A stretch of DNA of 63,424 nucleotides, the filler included, from Rhabdomonas costata (Eukaryota): the NCBI GenBank assembly GCA_019059605.1. It is 41 parts of 41 records of this genome, joined end to end, with 100 filler letters (N's around TTAATTAATTAA, not from the genome) between each part and the next. Parts side by side here need not be neighbours in the genome. Positions count along the whole stretch, not along the records: positions 1 to 1,450 come from JAHMHO010015621.1; positions 1,551 to 3,000 come from JAHMHO010015622.1; positions 3,101 to 4,550 come from JAHMHO010015623.1; positions 4,651 to 6,105 come from JAHMHO010015624.1; positions 6,206 to 7,655 come from JAHMHO010015625.1; positions 7,756 to 9,204 come from JAHMHO010015626.1; positions 9,305 to 10,754 come from JAHMHO010015627.1; positions 10,855 to 12,301 come from JAHMHO010015628.1; 33 more parts are not named here. The stretch is one strand, 5' to 3'. The position numbers and the translations under genes were made by a program. Shown here piece by piece: positions 1-13,124 of the stretch (position 1 is its first letter; every line of letters starts with the position of its first letter). The notes beneath the pieces were generated by a model, which saw nothing but the letters and a program-made list of their open reading frames with translations, was not told the DNA's origin and searched no databases.

Positions 1-63
1 GGTTTTTGTTCTCACGGATGGAGCGGCTTCGCCCAGTCGATGCAAAAACGTGCCCCAGCTCAC

Positions 64-1427
64 AACATTGCGCCCAACAGCGACCGGTACCACAACCAGC
101 TCCGGCCCAAGACTCTGCACAAGCTGAAGCACATCGGCCTGGTCCGAAACAGCTCCATCCGTGAGAAGAAAAACCACCAGGCGCTCCTCCGGCTTCACAA
201 CTCGTTGCGAGAACCAGGTCTTCCAGTTCGTTGTGGCGCCCGACGGCCTCCCCAGAAACTGCTGCAGAGCGGTGTTCACGGCCTTCAGAAGCTCCGTACC
301 GCCCCCCGCCCCTTCCCCTGACTTCAGCTTTCCTCCAACCTAAAACAGCAGCCACATAGAAGAAATCGTACTGCATAAAGTAAATCCAAATACAGGCAAA
401 AAGAACGGAGAATTTCGCATGCCTTTTCGATATTCCCTGGGGTCAGCGTAACGGGCTTCTCAAACGCTGCCTCAATGCCTGAGCCGAACTTCAGGACGTT
501 GAACCGTTTCACAGGGAACTTGGAGAGTTGCCTCAGCATCGCCTCGCACAGCTTTCCCGCAAGGTTGCCACTGCCTCCCAGCATCGACGCCGACCCGTCC
601 AACAGCATACACACGTCCGAGGAAACAGGGGGCATCTCAAATGAAGGCGTGAAGCTCACCATCGTTGCGAAGGGATACTTCCCGGATGAGCGCTCCACAG
701 AGAGCACATTCTGGGCCTCTCGCTCTTCCGAGCCCACCACATCCACAACAAAATCCCCGCCCATGTCCTTGCCTTCCGAGTCGAAGCTGACCATGGCCCA
801 CCCCTCAGGACTGGTGGAGCTTGCGCTGGATGGATGGGAGACACACCGCAGAGACTTCACTTCTGCACTGCCCACCACTCGAATCCGAAGCGAGTACGGG
901 ATCGCCACTGGCCCGCTCCTCGTGCTGCTCATCCCGGACGTGTGGCTGCCAAGCGGGCCTGGATCCCCGCTCACAGACGCCCCGAAGAAGCTCGGTGCCA
1001 GGGAACTTGGGATCCGCAGCACAGTGCGGCCGGGGCTTCTCTCCAATGCCGTGGTGTACTTCACCTCACATACCGCGCTCTGGTGGGGCTCCAGGTTTCC
1101 AATGCTCATCGTCACCACCTCCTCCTGGCTCTCCTCCAGAAGAACGGCACTGCGCCCCGAGGCCACCGCGTCGTCGTACCTCTCCTGGGCCTCCTCCTTC
1201 TCCAGGCACTTCCCCTCCAGGGTGCGGTCCCCGACACGCACCCGAAGCTCCGTCACCGCGCAGCCCTGGGGCTTCGCAAACTCGTACACCACCTCCACCC
1301 GCTCCTCGCTCTTGTTCACGAACTCCTGCCGCAGCACAACCTCTGCGCTGTGCAGCCCCACCTCCACCTCCACCTCGGCCTGGCTCAACGGGATCATCAC
1401 CCCCTGGGCCGTGTGAAGCCCGGGCAC
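64..1427 (-). CDS. VIT + von Willebrand A domain protein (VWA5A-like), partial, two exons
   Basis: Exon 423-1427 has a VIT domain (QEFVNKS..VEVVYEF..EAQERYDDAVASG..MSIGNL) and MIDAS-like LLDGSASM. After a GC-AG intron (340-422), exon 64-339 continues the vWA domain (GGTELLKAV..VVFLLTDGAVSD..VPVAVG). Confidence 0.88.
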
Positions 1428-1450
1428 CCGGGGCCCGCCCTGGAGGGTCG

Positions 1451-1550
1451 NNNNNNNNNNNNNNNNNNNNNNNNNNNNNNNNNNNNNNNNNNNNTTAATT
1501 AATTAANNNNNNNNNNNNNNNNNNNNNNNNNNNNNNNNNNNNNNNNNNNN
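1451..1550. other. Artificial contig linker N44-TTAATTAATTAA-N44 (first of 40)
   Basis: Same 100-nt spacer with stops in all six frames recurs about every 1550 nt up to 61876-61975, giving 41 contigs of near-identical length. Confidence 0.99.
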
Positions 1551-1937
1551 TGGGGACATTCTCTTAGAGATACCCTGACTTCTGCACTTGGATGGATGAA
1601 GTTTTCCTGCGAAGGTGCCCCCTCAACAGGAAAACTTCATCCATCCAAGTGCAGAAGTCAGGGTATCTCTAAGAGAATGTCCCCAAGAGAAAGAAATGCA
1701 GGTGGTTGCCGAATTTTGGACACATACCAGGCCTACCTGGGGACAAACTCATGTAGCAGGCATACTTGCGTCCGACGAATCAATGACTCTCCCCTTCCCT
1801 CCCTGAGGGAGCGGTTTCCTTCCGAAATCAAGTCCGAAAACGCTCCGCAATGTGTGGATTCCGCTTGCCTCCAAGCACCTTCCTTCTCCACTTCTCAATA
1901 TGTGGTGACTTTGCTGCAGGGCCAATTTTCATTTCAG

Positions 1938-2887
1938 GTTTCCGTTGTGGAGCTGGTTACACCACTGGCCACCCTCCCAATGGCCTCCCGCACCTCTACC
2001 TTCTCCGCCACCTTCGCCAGCACAGGCGGTCCCATAGCCTCTTCCCTCAACCTCAGCGTCGGCGCCGTATCTGTGCCTGCTGCGAACGGCCTCCCTGGAG
2101 TTCCCACCACAGCAGCATCCTCTCCCCATCGCCCGGGAGCTCCCACCGTTCATTTGGAATCTCTCGAGGAGGAGGGCCGCAACAGCCCGCTCTCGGCGCG
2201 GGCAAGCCCATGTCCAGTCTCGCCCATTTACTGCGCTTCGGTGTCCTCGCACGGGGTGGCCGTCGTGGTGGGGATTCCGCCGCCTCAGCTGGTGTTCGAG
2301 CTGAAGCACGCGATCGCCTCGGACAGCGATGAGGCTCGGCAGTTTTCTTGCTGGGATCTTTTTCGTGAGGGGTTTCAAAGCGAATGCTAAAGTTGCGGAA
2401 GTATTTTGACGCCGGGCAGTCCCGTGTTCACATCCAATTAGACGACATATTGCTGGCGAAAGGTCATGTGGGGCACGTGGATGAACTTGAGTTGAGAAAT
2501 GAACCATGCGAAGAAGCCTAGCCAAATAACTTGAGGGGTAAATGGTGCACAGTGCCGTGGTCGGGGCAGACGCTGTTTGACGGAAACAGGTTGGGAACAA
2601 CTCCTTTTAGGACCCGGAAAGTCACATCAGATGCCTTCACTGACCCCACCCCTCTAAAGGCCATTACACATGAAGCTGTGAGGCCATGCACGAGATGTCA
2701 AGGACCCAGCTCTGGGTTGAATTTTTCTCATCCCAAGTGTGCTAACGCCCCTCTGGAATTCTTTGTGCAGTGGATGTACCAGCTGCAGCAGGCCAGCAAC
2801 AGCGACCCCTTCAAGGCGTACCACGAGGCGATGCGCAATCTTCTGGGGCCCGCGGGGGCCCGGGAGCTGGGCCTGCAGCAGCTCAAG
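1938..2887 (+). CDS. Unknown protein, probable exons 1938-2201, 2289-2333 and 2771-2887
   Basis: CAG acceptors, phase-0 compatible exons and GC3-rich codons (LVFELKHAIASDSDE; WMYQLQQASNSDPFKAYHEAMRNLL). Family not recognised. Confidence 0.5.
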
Positions 2888-5427
2888 GTGTCTGTCCGTC
2901 TTCCCCAGCTGCTTCCTCTTCATGGACCTTTTCAGAATTCCGTTCACAAAACACGTGCTTTTAAAAAAATCAAAACTGACGCTTCCGCTACCAACACAAA
3001 NNNNNNNNNNNNNNNNNNNNNNNNNNNNNNNNNNNNNNNNNNNNTTAATTAATTAANNNNNNNNNNNNNNNNNNNNNNNNNNNNNNNNNNNNNNNNNNNN
3101 GTTGTGGGTGGCAGGGACGGTATGATCACCCAGACAAAGTGACAATGAGATGTAAAGTCTCAAGGAGTTCTGTGTTTGTGCTTTTGCCGAGATGTGTATG
3201 CACTTCCGTTTTCGTGTACCCGTTGCTGCTTTGCCTTGAACACCATTGCCCGCAAACTGTTGTGTTGGCTGGACATGCATACACTGGTTCTATACTGCTC
3301 TATATACAGGGCGGCATTGCGAGGCGGGCATACAACTTAGCCAAGCCAACCGCAAAACCGCACTCCCTTTCCATTCGCGACCCTGCTCCACGAAAAGGAA
3401 ATGAAAAACCTTCGTCGTCCTGCACAGTAGTAGTGAGTTCCCACAACCCCGGGGTGAAGGCCTGCGCGCCAGATGCGCGGCCACCGGACGAGGAAGCCGA
3501 GCGTGGGCCACCTGATAATTTCCCACCCCGTTACCATAAATGACAGTTAGGAAATTCTACAAAATTCAAAGGTTTTTTTGTATCAACGACCTTGCTGTTT
3601 CAGACGAAACAAACTAGACGGAGCTGCAACGAGGCGCAAGCCACGAGAGAATCACAGAGTACAGCTTGCGAACTTTGCAACACCCACCTCGCACCCCTTC
3701 TCAAACATCCGAGTCCAATGAGGGCAAACCTACCGAATCGGGAGAGGACGGGAGGGAGTAATTCAAGATGCAATTCAACCCTCCCTCCTGAAACCAGCCG
3801 CTGGCAGATCTCTGGCACACACACACATGAAGCACCGTGTCGCGGGGCTTGCCGCTTACGCGGGCTTTCATGGGCCGCTGTATCCGCAGTTCTCGGCAGG
3901 CATCGCTTCGGAGCGGCCTCTCGAAAAGCTCCACTGGCGCCCACCACAGGGGCCTTGGCCTGGGAGCAGCACCACCATCACAGCAAGTTGGGAACCCACA
4001 GAGCATGCCCCCACAGATATTACTCAGCTGAGGCATTGGAGGGGACTCTGGTGTTCCGCGCAGCAATAATCGCATGTACTTTCTTTGCTGAAATCGCGAC
4101 GTATCCTGTGCCTTCCTTCTGGCTTGTCGGCAGTATTTCACATGTACGGATGCTGCCAGATGGCACATTTTGTACTTACGAAGGTTGAGGGGTGATCCAG
4201 AAGGGGCTTCAAAAGCTCAGATGGCGGCCAATATAGCAACACCAAAAAAGCAAAAGCCACTGCTAAATACCAGTTGCAGTACCAAGTGGCATATACCAGG
4301 TCAGTTGTCAACCTGTTGTGATTTCGTCAGTCTTCTCATCTTTGCAACCCCAAAGTGGCGGCTCTCTCTCTCTAATTCCATTCGTCATTGGTCTGAGGTG
4401 AGCGCGAGCAAGTTCAGGGAGGGGATTCGGGTACTGGGAGCAAAGTGTTGGGCCTCCACTCCGGGAAGAACTCCAGGAAGTCGTCGTCATCCCTGCGGGG
4501 CGCGGGTGCTGGAGCAGCCGGGGCGCCGCAGCCCACCATGGCCTCACCGGNNNNNNNNNNNNNNNNNNNNNNNNNNNNNNNNNNNNNNNNNNNNTTAATT
4601 AATTAANNNNNNNNNNNNNNNNNNNNNNNNNNNNNNNNNNNNNNNNNNNNGGGGGTTGGGCAGGAAGCCTGACGACACGCTTTGTTGCAGGCCTTGCAGG
4701 TGGCGAGGACTTGGGCTGGGGTGGGGCAGGCTTGGGTGCCTGGCCAGTCCTCTGGAAACGATGACGACGGGCGGGCAACGACCACTGCTGGTCGATTTGT
4801 GGACGTGGCCCCTGGGTGAGAACGACCTCAGCGGGCCGGGTTTGGTGGGTTTCCCCGTGTGCACGGGGAGGCGACCGACGGGGGCCGCCGTCACACACAT
4901 GGCGCCTTGGCGCGGTGTGCTGTGGCGTGTCCTTGTGCTGCTTGTTCTGCACACCTGTTGGTTTTTTGGCGCGTTCACGGTGCTGCTGTTCGTGCTGGAC
5001 GACACGACGGGCATTGGGGTGAGAGTGTGCGCCGTGCCCATCCACACACCCACACGCACACACACAGCAACCTGCTCCCGCATTGGGGGGGGGGGGCCTT
5101 GCACTTCAGTCTTCCGATTGGTATGGGTGGGAAAAGCAGTGCACCACAAGTGCCTGGCATCACTGATAAAGAGAGCTCCCCACACACACAACCCCAAAAC
5201 TGTTTCATAACACGGGAGATTTTTGTGTTTTTTAGTTCACCATCACCGCGAGAGCGCAATGGAGGTTTATTGAGCCCAGTATACCTTCATCCAGCACACC
5301 AGCGCGGTCTTTCGCCTTGGCTGGAGCAAACACCAATGAGCGGAATGCCACACCCCCCTTCAATGCCCTCCATTCCTGAATAGAATCGCGAGGAGTGCGC
5401 CGGACGCATCTGCCAGAAACCACAGAC

Positions 5428-5677
5428 CTGCGGGGTAGTCAAAAGTCTGGACCTTGGTGATCTCCATCAGGAGCTGGATGAACGAGGCCGTGGCCTTGTA
5501 AGGGTAGTGCCCCAGCACACACTCGCAGAGGGTCAGCCCAGCGGCCCAGATGTCGCTGGCCACGCTGTAGCGCTCCCCCTTGATCCGCTCCGGGGACATG
5601 TACGTCGTGGTGCCGACGAAGGTGGAGTTGCCGCGGGTGGTAGCCGCAGTGGCCACCCCGAAGTCAGAGATCTTGAT
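5428..5677 (-). CDS. MAP kinase kinase (STE7/MEK family) internal exon
   Basis: IKISDFG..TFVGTTTYMSPERIKGERYSVASDIWAAGLTLCECVLGHYPY; YMSPERI is typical of MAP2K. CAG acceptor and GT donor. Confidence 0.9.
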
Positions 5678-6716
5678 CTGCGCGGAAAGCACCCGCAAAG
5701 AATGCAGAGGTGCAAGCTGACTTGGACAGCAGCGTTGTACTCTACCCCTCAATTCGCCGTGCTTCCGGACCCTGCAATAAGTACTAATATCGTTTTAATG
5801 TGCACTTTTGTGAGCCCGTTAATTGTGATCACCTCTTTCTGACTCAAACGTTTACGTGCAGGTTGTGCGCGAACAGAGACGAGAAAGGGATCGGAACGGA
5901 GGGAGGAAAGAGCAACGGATCACAAACAGGGGCTGGCGCAAAACAGAAAAATACCAACATGCAGGACGATGTGCTCAGTGAGCAAGTGGGCGTTTGGGTT
6001 GCCGTCTTCTCAATCATAACATCACCATCAAAATCATGAAATACACTGGACGCGCAGACGCAGAGCATCTCTCAAGGGAGCTCTTACCCGCGTTCACCAA
6101 CAACANNNNNNNNNNNNNNNNNNNNNNNNNNNNNNNNNNNNNNNNNNNNTTAATTAATTAANNNNNNNNNNNNNNNNNNNNNNNNNNNNNNNNNNNNNNN
6201 NNNNNGTTTTGTGGTGTAAGCACCCCTCAACCTCGCTCATATAAGCACTGCCTTGTGCCCAGGATGGCCCTTGGATAGCCAGCTTCATATCTTCATATCG
6301 TTATCGACCACTGGTGGATGAATGCAACATCAACTGATAATTCAAGTTATCGGCATTCGACTTGTGAAGTCGCGTTCTGGTAATAATCGGTGTAATCGAC
6401 ACCTCTGGGAGTCACGGTAAAGCGTGATATCGATTAATCGGCTATCGTGTTAAGTTAACTTTCCTGCGGTCAGCCAGTGAAAATGTGCGTCGAGTACCAA
6501 TCCGACTGTTGTCACTCGACTTTCTTCGTCCCCCCCCCCCTGCCTTTCATCCTCTCCTCACACCTCACACACAGACAGGCTTCCTCCTTTCTCTCTCTCT
6601 CTCTCTCTCTCACGTCGATGTCATTGAGTTGCATCTTGCTGGTGAATGCCTAAACTCCCTCCACTGTGGGCCAAAGCGAGTCCTCACAGTCTGTCTCTCT
6701 TTCTCTGTTCCCTCAG

Positions 6717-7623
6717 GAATGCATCAACAGTGTCGACGCGGGCTCGCAGATCTGCACCCTGCTGTGGTCCCGGCACTCCCGCGAGCTGGTTACCACCCAC
6801 GGCTATGAGGACAACCAGCTCTCCGTGTGGAAGTACCCCTCCATGTCCCGCCTGGCAGACCTCAAGGGTCACGAGGCCAGAGTGCTGTACTCTGCCCTCT
6901 CCCCGGACGGCCGCACGGTGCGTAGTCAAAAGGGTTGGTAACAAGCCAGTCGGTTGCTGAAGCGTCACAGCTCCCCGAGCACCAGTGATTGGATGGTTGG
7001 TTATTTTACGCAACAAGCTCTTGTTGTGCATTTTGCGGTAGAGCTTTTCCGGAGTGTGGGTTCGGGTCTCTCACAGTATTTCGCCCCGCATTTTGTGTTT
7101 CTTTGCGCAGGGCTGTATATAAAAAGCCTGGTTTGGTTATGATCAATGGTTATAAAATCAATTGTTATAACTATGTTTGTAATCAATCACCCCCAGAGGG
7201 GAAAAGACTGAATTTTGTTTGTCCTCAAAAAATGGTTCCGTACCTTCCCGACTGGGGTGTGCGTTTTGTTGTTCATACGTAGTGGGTGCCGTCGTTAAAC
7301 CCTCCGCTGCGTGGGGCAAGAAGCGGCCCAAGAGGGTTGCGAAAGTGCCGCCGAGGGTGAATAGTCAGGAAACTCTGACCCCATTTCGGGAGGCCTGCTG
7401 TACATTCAAAAGACCCCAGTCCTGCTTCGGCTTTGCCCTCTTTCCTCCCGTACCTTTGTTTTCTGTGACCCCGTTGCCCCGCCCCACTCCACTTCCTCCA
7501 CAGGTGGTTACAGCCGCTGGCGACGAGACGATCCGCTTCTGGAAAGTCTTCGACCAGGAGCCCAAGAAGTCCAAGTCCCTGGATGACTCCCTCACCTCCC
7601 TGAGGGGTCTCCACATCCGTTGA
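6717..7623 (+). CDS. CDC20: APC/C co-activator CDC20/Fizzy family, last two exons (6717-6917, 7504-7623)
   Basis: WD40 text [59 protein letters not shown] and C-terminal IR tail before TGA. GT-AG intron 6918-7503. CDC20 versus CDH1 not resolved. Confidence 0.9.
7284..7431 (-). repeat. Dispersed repeat family, copy A (in CDC20 intron)
   Basis: Reverse complement GCCGAAGCAGGACTGGGGTCTTTT..CAGGCCTCCCGAAA..TTCTTGCC..GCAGCGGAGGGTTTAAC..GCACCC aligns with copies B, C and D. Confidence 0.85.
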
Positions 7624-7798
7624 GCTCTGCTCTGTATCTTGTTACCCCACACACCNNNNNNNNNNNNNNNNNNNNNNNNNNNNNNNNNNNNNNNNNNNNT
7701 TAATTAATTAANNNNNNNNNNNNNNNNNNNNNNNNNNNNNNNNNNNNNNNNNNNNGGTGTGGGTGCAACAACTGCCAGTACTGGTACTGTATTTTGGA

Positions 7799-7969
7799 GC
7801 CAAAGCAGGCCTGGGGGTTTTTGTATGCATAGTAGGCCTCCCGAAACGCTGCGAGGCCGATTTTTGGACTTTCCTGACCTTTCCCTCCGGCCGGTGGTGA
7901 TGCCACTTGGCGGCTGTTTCTTGCCAAATGCAGCAGAGGGTTCAACATTTGCACCCACAACTGTATTTT
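7799..7969 (+). repeat. Dispersed repeat family, copy B
   Basis: GCCAAAGCAGGCCTGGGGGTTTTT..TAGGCCTCCCGAAACGCTGCGAGGCCG..GCAGCAGAGGGTTCAAC..GCACCC. Confidence 0.85.
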
Positions 7970-8213
7970 AGCTCCAGAGAAGGGGATGATGAGAGAAGGA
8001 CCTGTATTGACGCGGCATGGGCACTGACTTAACCTCCCACACCGTCACAACTGGCAGCATAAAACAGAGTTACAGACGAGCTTTGGAGTGCATTTGATTA
8101 ACATGTTGATGCAAAAACCGTCTAAAAAACCGACTAAGCTACATCTCACCCCCCCCCCTTCGACAACGCCCTATTTCCTCAGATTCGGCACAACACGCAC
8201 ACAACAGACCTAC

Positions 8214-9190
8214 GGCGGGGTATCGGCAGTGCACGGACCACTGGACGAGCAGGCTGGAGTCCTGCCCTCGCAGCTGGGTCTCCACCACGCGGCGGGAGCC
8301 CTCGGAGTCGATCAAGTCCCAGTACGAACACAGGTAGGGCACCCACACCAGCCCCCAGGCCACGGGAAACCACTCCAGCCAGAGGTCGTACCAATGAAAC
8401 TGGAACTCATAGTCTGACCTGAACCCCCGACACACACACCCGCACTCTCCGACAACTACTCCACCAGGTCCGGCACAGGTACCAAGTATTCGCGGTGATC
8501 TTCTTTTGAACTGAGGCGCGCGCTAAGTTCATAAGGAGGCGATTTTGGGAGCGAAAGTTGCGGTAGGGAAGGGATGTTCGCAAAACTGCCTGTTTCGGGT
8601 TAGCTCTGTTAGGTCTCAGTTTCTTCTTCTGGGGTTATTTACCTTACAGCATTTTATTGATCATAAAGGAAAAACCCAGTCTGACATCACTCAAAAGCAT
8701 TTCAAAGTGAACTTTCATCGAGACTAGCCTGCCTGTTTTCGGTTGCCTTCCACGCACTCGATTCACGATTCGGTATCAAGTTGCTCTTAGTAGGCTCAGA
8801 AGAAGAAAGAAGAGCGCTCGTTCCCAGCAACCAATCAGGATGCACGGGCGGTGAACGCCAGTCACATCACATTCCATTTCCAAACAGCTAGCCCAGCACC
8901 CAAAACCCCCCGCTCCCTCGCAGGCCGAACCTTCCCCGCGAGGCTTGGTACTTGAGGAGCTTCACCAGGTGGGCCGTGAACTGCATAGTGGAGTGGTCCC
9001 GCAGCTCATGCAGCTGCGTGGCCACCGCGGAGATGGCCCCCGCAGCGGCTACGGAGGGCGGCAGGAGCTCCCCTCGCAGCCGCTGCACCACAAGAAGCAC
9101 CACACGCACTCCCAGGGCCAGCGCTGCGGCACCTGCCACGTAGCCCACCACATTCCAGAGCCCGTTTGGCGATATAGCCGTCATCGCAAA
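8214..9190 (-). CDS. Unknown membrane protein, exons 8931-~9190 and 8214-8418
   Basis: Phase-2 compatible GT-AG intron 8419-8930, a hydrophobic segment (VVGYVAGAAALALGVRVVLLVV) and a Trp-rich exon. Confidence 0.55.
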
Positions 9191-9352
9191 ACAAAACAAA
9201 AAAANNNNNNNNNNNNNNNNNNNNNNNNNNNNNNNNNNNNNNNNNNNNTTAATTAATTAANNNNNNNNNNNNNNNNNNNNNNNNNNNNNNNNNNNNNNNN
9301 NNNNGTATTCTCTTTGACTTACGGATAGTTAGTGACAGGACGTAGACACAGG

Positions 9353-9353
<1 letters not shown>

Positions 9354-9389
<36 letters not shown>
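9354..9389. repeat. (CT)n microsatellite
   Basis: About 18 CT units. Similar tracts near 6590, 17661 and 61635; (GT)n at 57364. Confidence 0.9.
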
Positions 9390-9393
<4 letters not shown>

Positions 9394-12300
9394 GACCAGC
9401 CTGCATGCAATAACGAACGCAAAACTCGTAAGGAATCTTAAAATGAGTGAGTCAGGGCAGGAGAGGCTTTTTTCGTTCTTCGCGTTCTGAAGGATCGACT
9501 CTGATTTCGCATTGCACTATCCATTCACAAAAGAATCATGTAGTGTGGAGCGTGAATCGAATGTGTTCGGCTCGCTTTCTTTGCGCATTTTCTGTCCGTC
9601 TGCCCGTCAGCGTGAGGCGGAGCCGCTCGCACACTGTCTTTCTTGTCCTTCACGTGGTTCGGGTTTACCGATTGATGCATAGTATGTGCGCAAGGCGTTG
9701 CTGAGGTAGAGGTTCTTTCTTCCTCCAGCGGGCTTTCAATTCCTTTTCCTCTTCCTGGAAGCGCTGCGGATCGGATCACTCCTCCTTTTCTGTCGGAGGT
9801 TCTTGGGAAACCTGACCAGGAGCCAATGTCGTTTGAAATGTGTGTGAGTGTGTGTGTGTGTGTGTGGCAGCGCACAGGCGGGTTGAGGGGTGTACTGAAA
9901 GACATCGGTGTACCCTCACCACTTTTCACAGAAAAATTCCAAATACACCTGCGCCTGCACGGGCAAACTTCGGCGGAGGCGGAGGGAGTGGCCTGCGAGT
10001 TGCGTGGGTAGGGCGCCCTGCCGGAGGGGCCTGCGCACGAAGAGAGACAATGACCGCTCATACCATCTCTGTCGCAGCTAGCCGCCCGACACCCGTGGGC
10101 TAAGATTCAACATCCCTCCGACACTGCTTCGGAGGGAAATTTTCTTGAATATGAACCTGGTGCTGAAAAAAGAGTAGACTTTTCGTGCACGGGATAGTTA
10201 CATCACTGGACCCGAAATGAAAATCCTGCGCGCACTCGGTCAAACTTTCTACCTGCAATCCAGGTGCAGCCCAAATGGAAAATCAGAAAATCACTGCTGT
10301 GTCCATCAGGATGCAGGAAAAAGGCGCGTGCTCAAAGCTGACCTGAAATAGATATGTATTTGCTGAGAAAGGGAAGGGGAGAGGTGAAAGACCTTCAAGC
10401 TTCGTGGGCTGCGGCGCTGGGGCGCTCCGGCGGGAACGTCAGACCTCTGCCGGGGGGAGGCGGCACTGGCAGTCTTTTTTTTTTTTCATGATTGCCACCT
10501 CAAACGCGTGAGAGAAGGTATGAGTCAGAGAGGGGTAAAACCCTGAATTGATTTGCAGCTATCTGGTGGACCGGTCCCATTGCTGAACGGAAGAAATGCT
10601 CAATTAATTCCCTCATTTTCAAATTTGCGCATCAATCGCTGGCTGAACTATTAAACATTGGCCCGCGGGCACGACTGGAGGACACCGATACCGATATCGC
10701 TTTGGACACCTGGATTTCAATCAATTTGGATGCATGGGCTTTCCGACAAAACAANNNNNNNNNNNNNNNNNNNNNNNNNNNNNNNNNNNNNNNNNNNNTT
10801 AATTAATTAANNNNNNNNNNNNNNNNNNNNNNNNNNNNNNNNNNNNNNNNNNNNTTGTGTGTGTGGATCCCGCGCATCCAGCCGGTACGGTACTGCCCTC
10901 GCCCCGTGCTTTCGTGCTTTTGGAATCATCACCGCGGGGAAGCCAAATTCGGTGAGAAAGTGAGGAATGTGTTAGGTGATATTCTGCCTTGGAAATACCA
11001 CGCACATGACACTCTCTGGACCATTCCCCTGTGCTGAGCGCTGCGATTGTCCAGGCCGGTCTCAGCAACTGCCAACGGCAAGAATAAATAGCGCTCAGTC
11101 ATGGACTCGGGGCTCCTCTGCTGCTTGTACTTTGCTCTGCCGTGCTTGTGCAAGCCTTGTGGATATCTTTTCATGTCTTGCAGTTTGTCATCGATCCTCT
11201 CGGCTCTTTCCATCTTCGCTGGTTGCTGCAGTCGTAATGCGTGGGTATTGCGGTGCTGTGGGTCTTTCTTGTTCCAGGTTCTGGCTGGTGCCATCGTCGC
11301 CGCACGCCTGCTCCGCTGCCTCGCCTAAACCGTGGTTAGTAACATCTCGCACGTGTTCTCGGTAATCTACCCGTCGTAATCTTCCCGATTTCCCCCCTTT
11401 TCAGGCGTTTTGCTGGCTATGGTGAGCATTGCTGGCCATACTGTGAGCGAACACTTGAGAGTTTCGGGTGAACCAAGGGGATAGAGAATTACAGGTTGGA
11501 ATGTAGACTCAGACTCTTTTTCTTTGCACTTCTTTTTTTCCGTTGTACATAGTAGTTTTTCCGTTCCCGGGGCTCTCCGAAAGCACCGCGTTCCCTCCGA
11601 GGTCTTCCACGAGACGGGCACAAGGTGCCGATTCTGCTCGCTGTCATGCAAAACGCGTGACTGCGCTGCCCTGGAGTTCCTGCCATTGCATCATTCTCGC
11701 TCTTCCTTTTTTCTCCCGTGTAGCATGCTTCAGCAAACCGCGGATATGTAGAACTTAACGGGAAACGAAATCCAGGTGCTCGTTTTTCTGCTCATCTCCA
11801 GACCTGTCCTTCTGTCACATTCTTCTTTTAAATTCTTCTTCTCACGGAGGCTTCCCTGCTCTCTCTTCCCCCGTGTACCCTTTGCGCGCCCCCCCCCCTC
11901 TTGTCATCCTTCTCGTCGTCTCTGTCCTCACATCCGTCAGCTGTACTTTTCTCCGTGCCTCGTCTACTGCATGCTGGATATATAACTGCACAGTGGTGCG
12001 AAACAGGACCCAAGCAAAACGAAGGAGGAGATGTGCCCCAGAGTAGTAGTTCTGGGCCGTGGAGCACATTTCCCTTTGCTTGAGCTCATGTACCATTTAA
12101 TCCTAAGAAAGAAGGGAAACACCTCCAGGGTTGGGTTTTGCTTGCGCCGAGCACCGCTCTGCCTTTTTATCGGCCTGTTTGTACTGCAAGTAACCTCGCA
12201 GATAACCGTGCCTCAGGTAACCTTTTTCTCCAGCACGTTTGTGTCCTTCTCTGCGTGCCCGGAAGTCTCGCCCCTCAGGGATGCACCCCCCCCCGCCCCG

Positions 12301-12402
12301 TNNNNNNNNNNNNNNNNNNNNNNNNNNNNNNNNNNNNNNNNNNNNTTAATTAATTAANNNNNNNNNNNNNNNNNNNNNNNNNNNNNNNNNNNNNNNNNNN
12401 NG

Positions 12403-13124
12403 GTGTTGTGTGAGGTGGTGGACCTGGAGATGCTGCGGCGTGTGACCACGGAATACTTGCAGCGGATGTGTTGGGTGATCGTGAGCACGGGCGGGGCGCT
12501 GGACAAGGCACGTCCTGCACGAACACTTTTTTCTTCACGTTCAGTAAGCTCCTTTTTTTTGCATCCTTCGTGTAGAAATGGGAAATGAATGTAGCGGCGT
12601 TATTCACGTTATTCACGGCTGGGATGTTGTTTTTAAGCGGGCTAGTTTGCATTTGGGTGGGGTGTTTTGTGTTCCTCTTTAGTTCATTGGGGACTGCATC
12701 ATGGCGCTGTGGAACGCCCCGCGCACGCTGCCTGGGCACCAGTTGGCTGCCTGCCACGCCGCCCTGAAGATGCAGGTGGAGCTGCTGCGGCTGTGCAATA
12801 CGCTGGAAAACGAGCCCGGAGTTCCGAAGATCCGGTGTTCGTGCCCCTCCCACGTAGCGCACAGTACTGATAACCAGGTTGGGGGTTGGTCAGACACTGG
12901 CTGGTTTAAGCTGACCTTCTCCCAAAATACATGAAATATTGGGTTTCGGGTGGTCTGGCTGGTCTATCCGGCCTGGCTCTTGATAAAACCTCTGCCCTTT
13001 GCCCCACTCGGCGTGCACCCTGCAGATGTCCCTCCCCCTCGCAGGTTCCACTGTGGCGTCAACACGGCGCGGGTGATGGTGGGGAACTTTGGTTGTGACT
13101 ACCGCATCTCCTACACCGTGATGG
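12403..13124 (+). CDS. Class III nucleotidyl cyclase, bacterial-like subtype; exons 12403-12507, 12683-12834, 13045-13124
   Basis: Spliced: TGGALDK|FIGDCIMALWNAP..ACHAALKMQ..KIR|FHCGVNTARVMVGNFGCDYRISYTVMG. The DK-FIGD motif fixes a GC donor at 12508. Confidence 0.92.

Noticed and set aside
475..1502. Long + strand ORFs opposite the VIT-vWA gene
   Set aside because: Antisense shadows of GC-rich coding sequence with no motifs
1495..1506. Regularly spaced TTAATTAATTAA as a CRISPR-like or biological repeat
   Set aside because: It always sits between two 44-N runs and is an artificial six-frame-stop linker
1551..1685. 59-bp perfect hairpin as a MITE, pre-miRNA or hairpin telomere
   Set aside because: It lies at a contig end and shares no sequence with the other terminal hairpins; amplification fold-back explains it better
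6290..6479. ATCG-rich block bounded by CACTGG/CCAGTG as a CACTA-like MITE
   Set aside because: Only a 6-bp inverted match, no TSD and no second copy in the window
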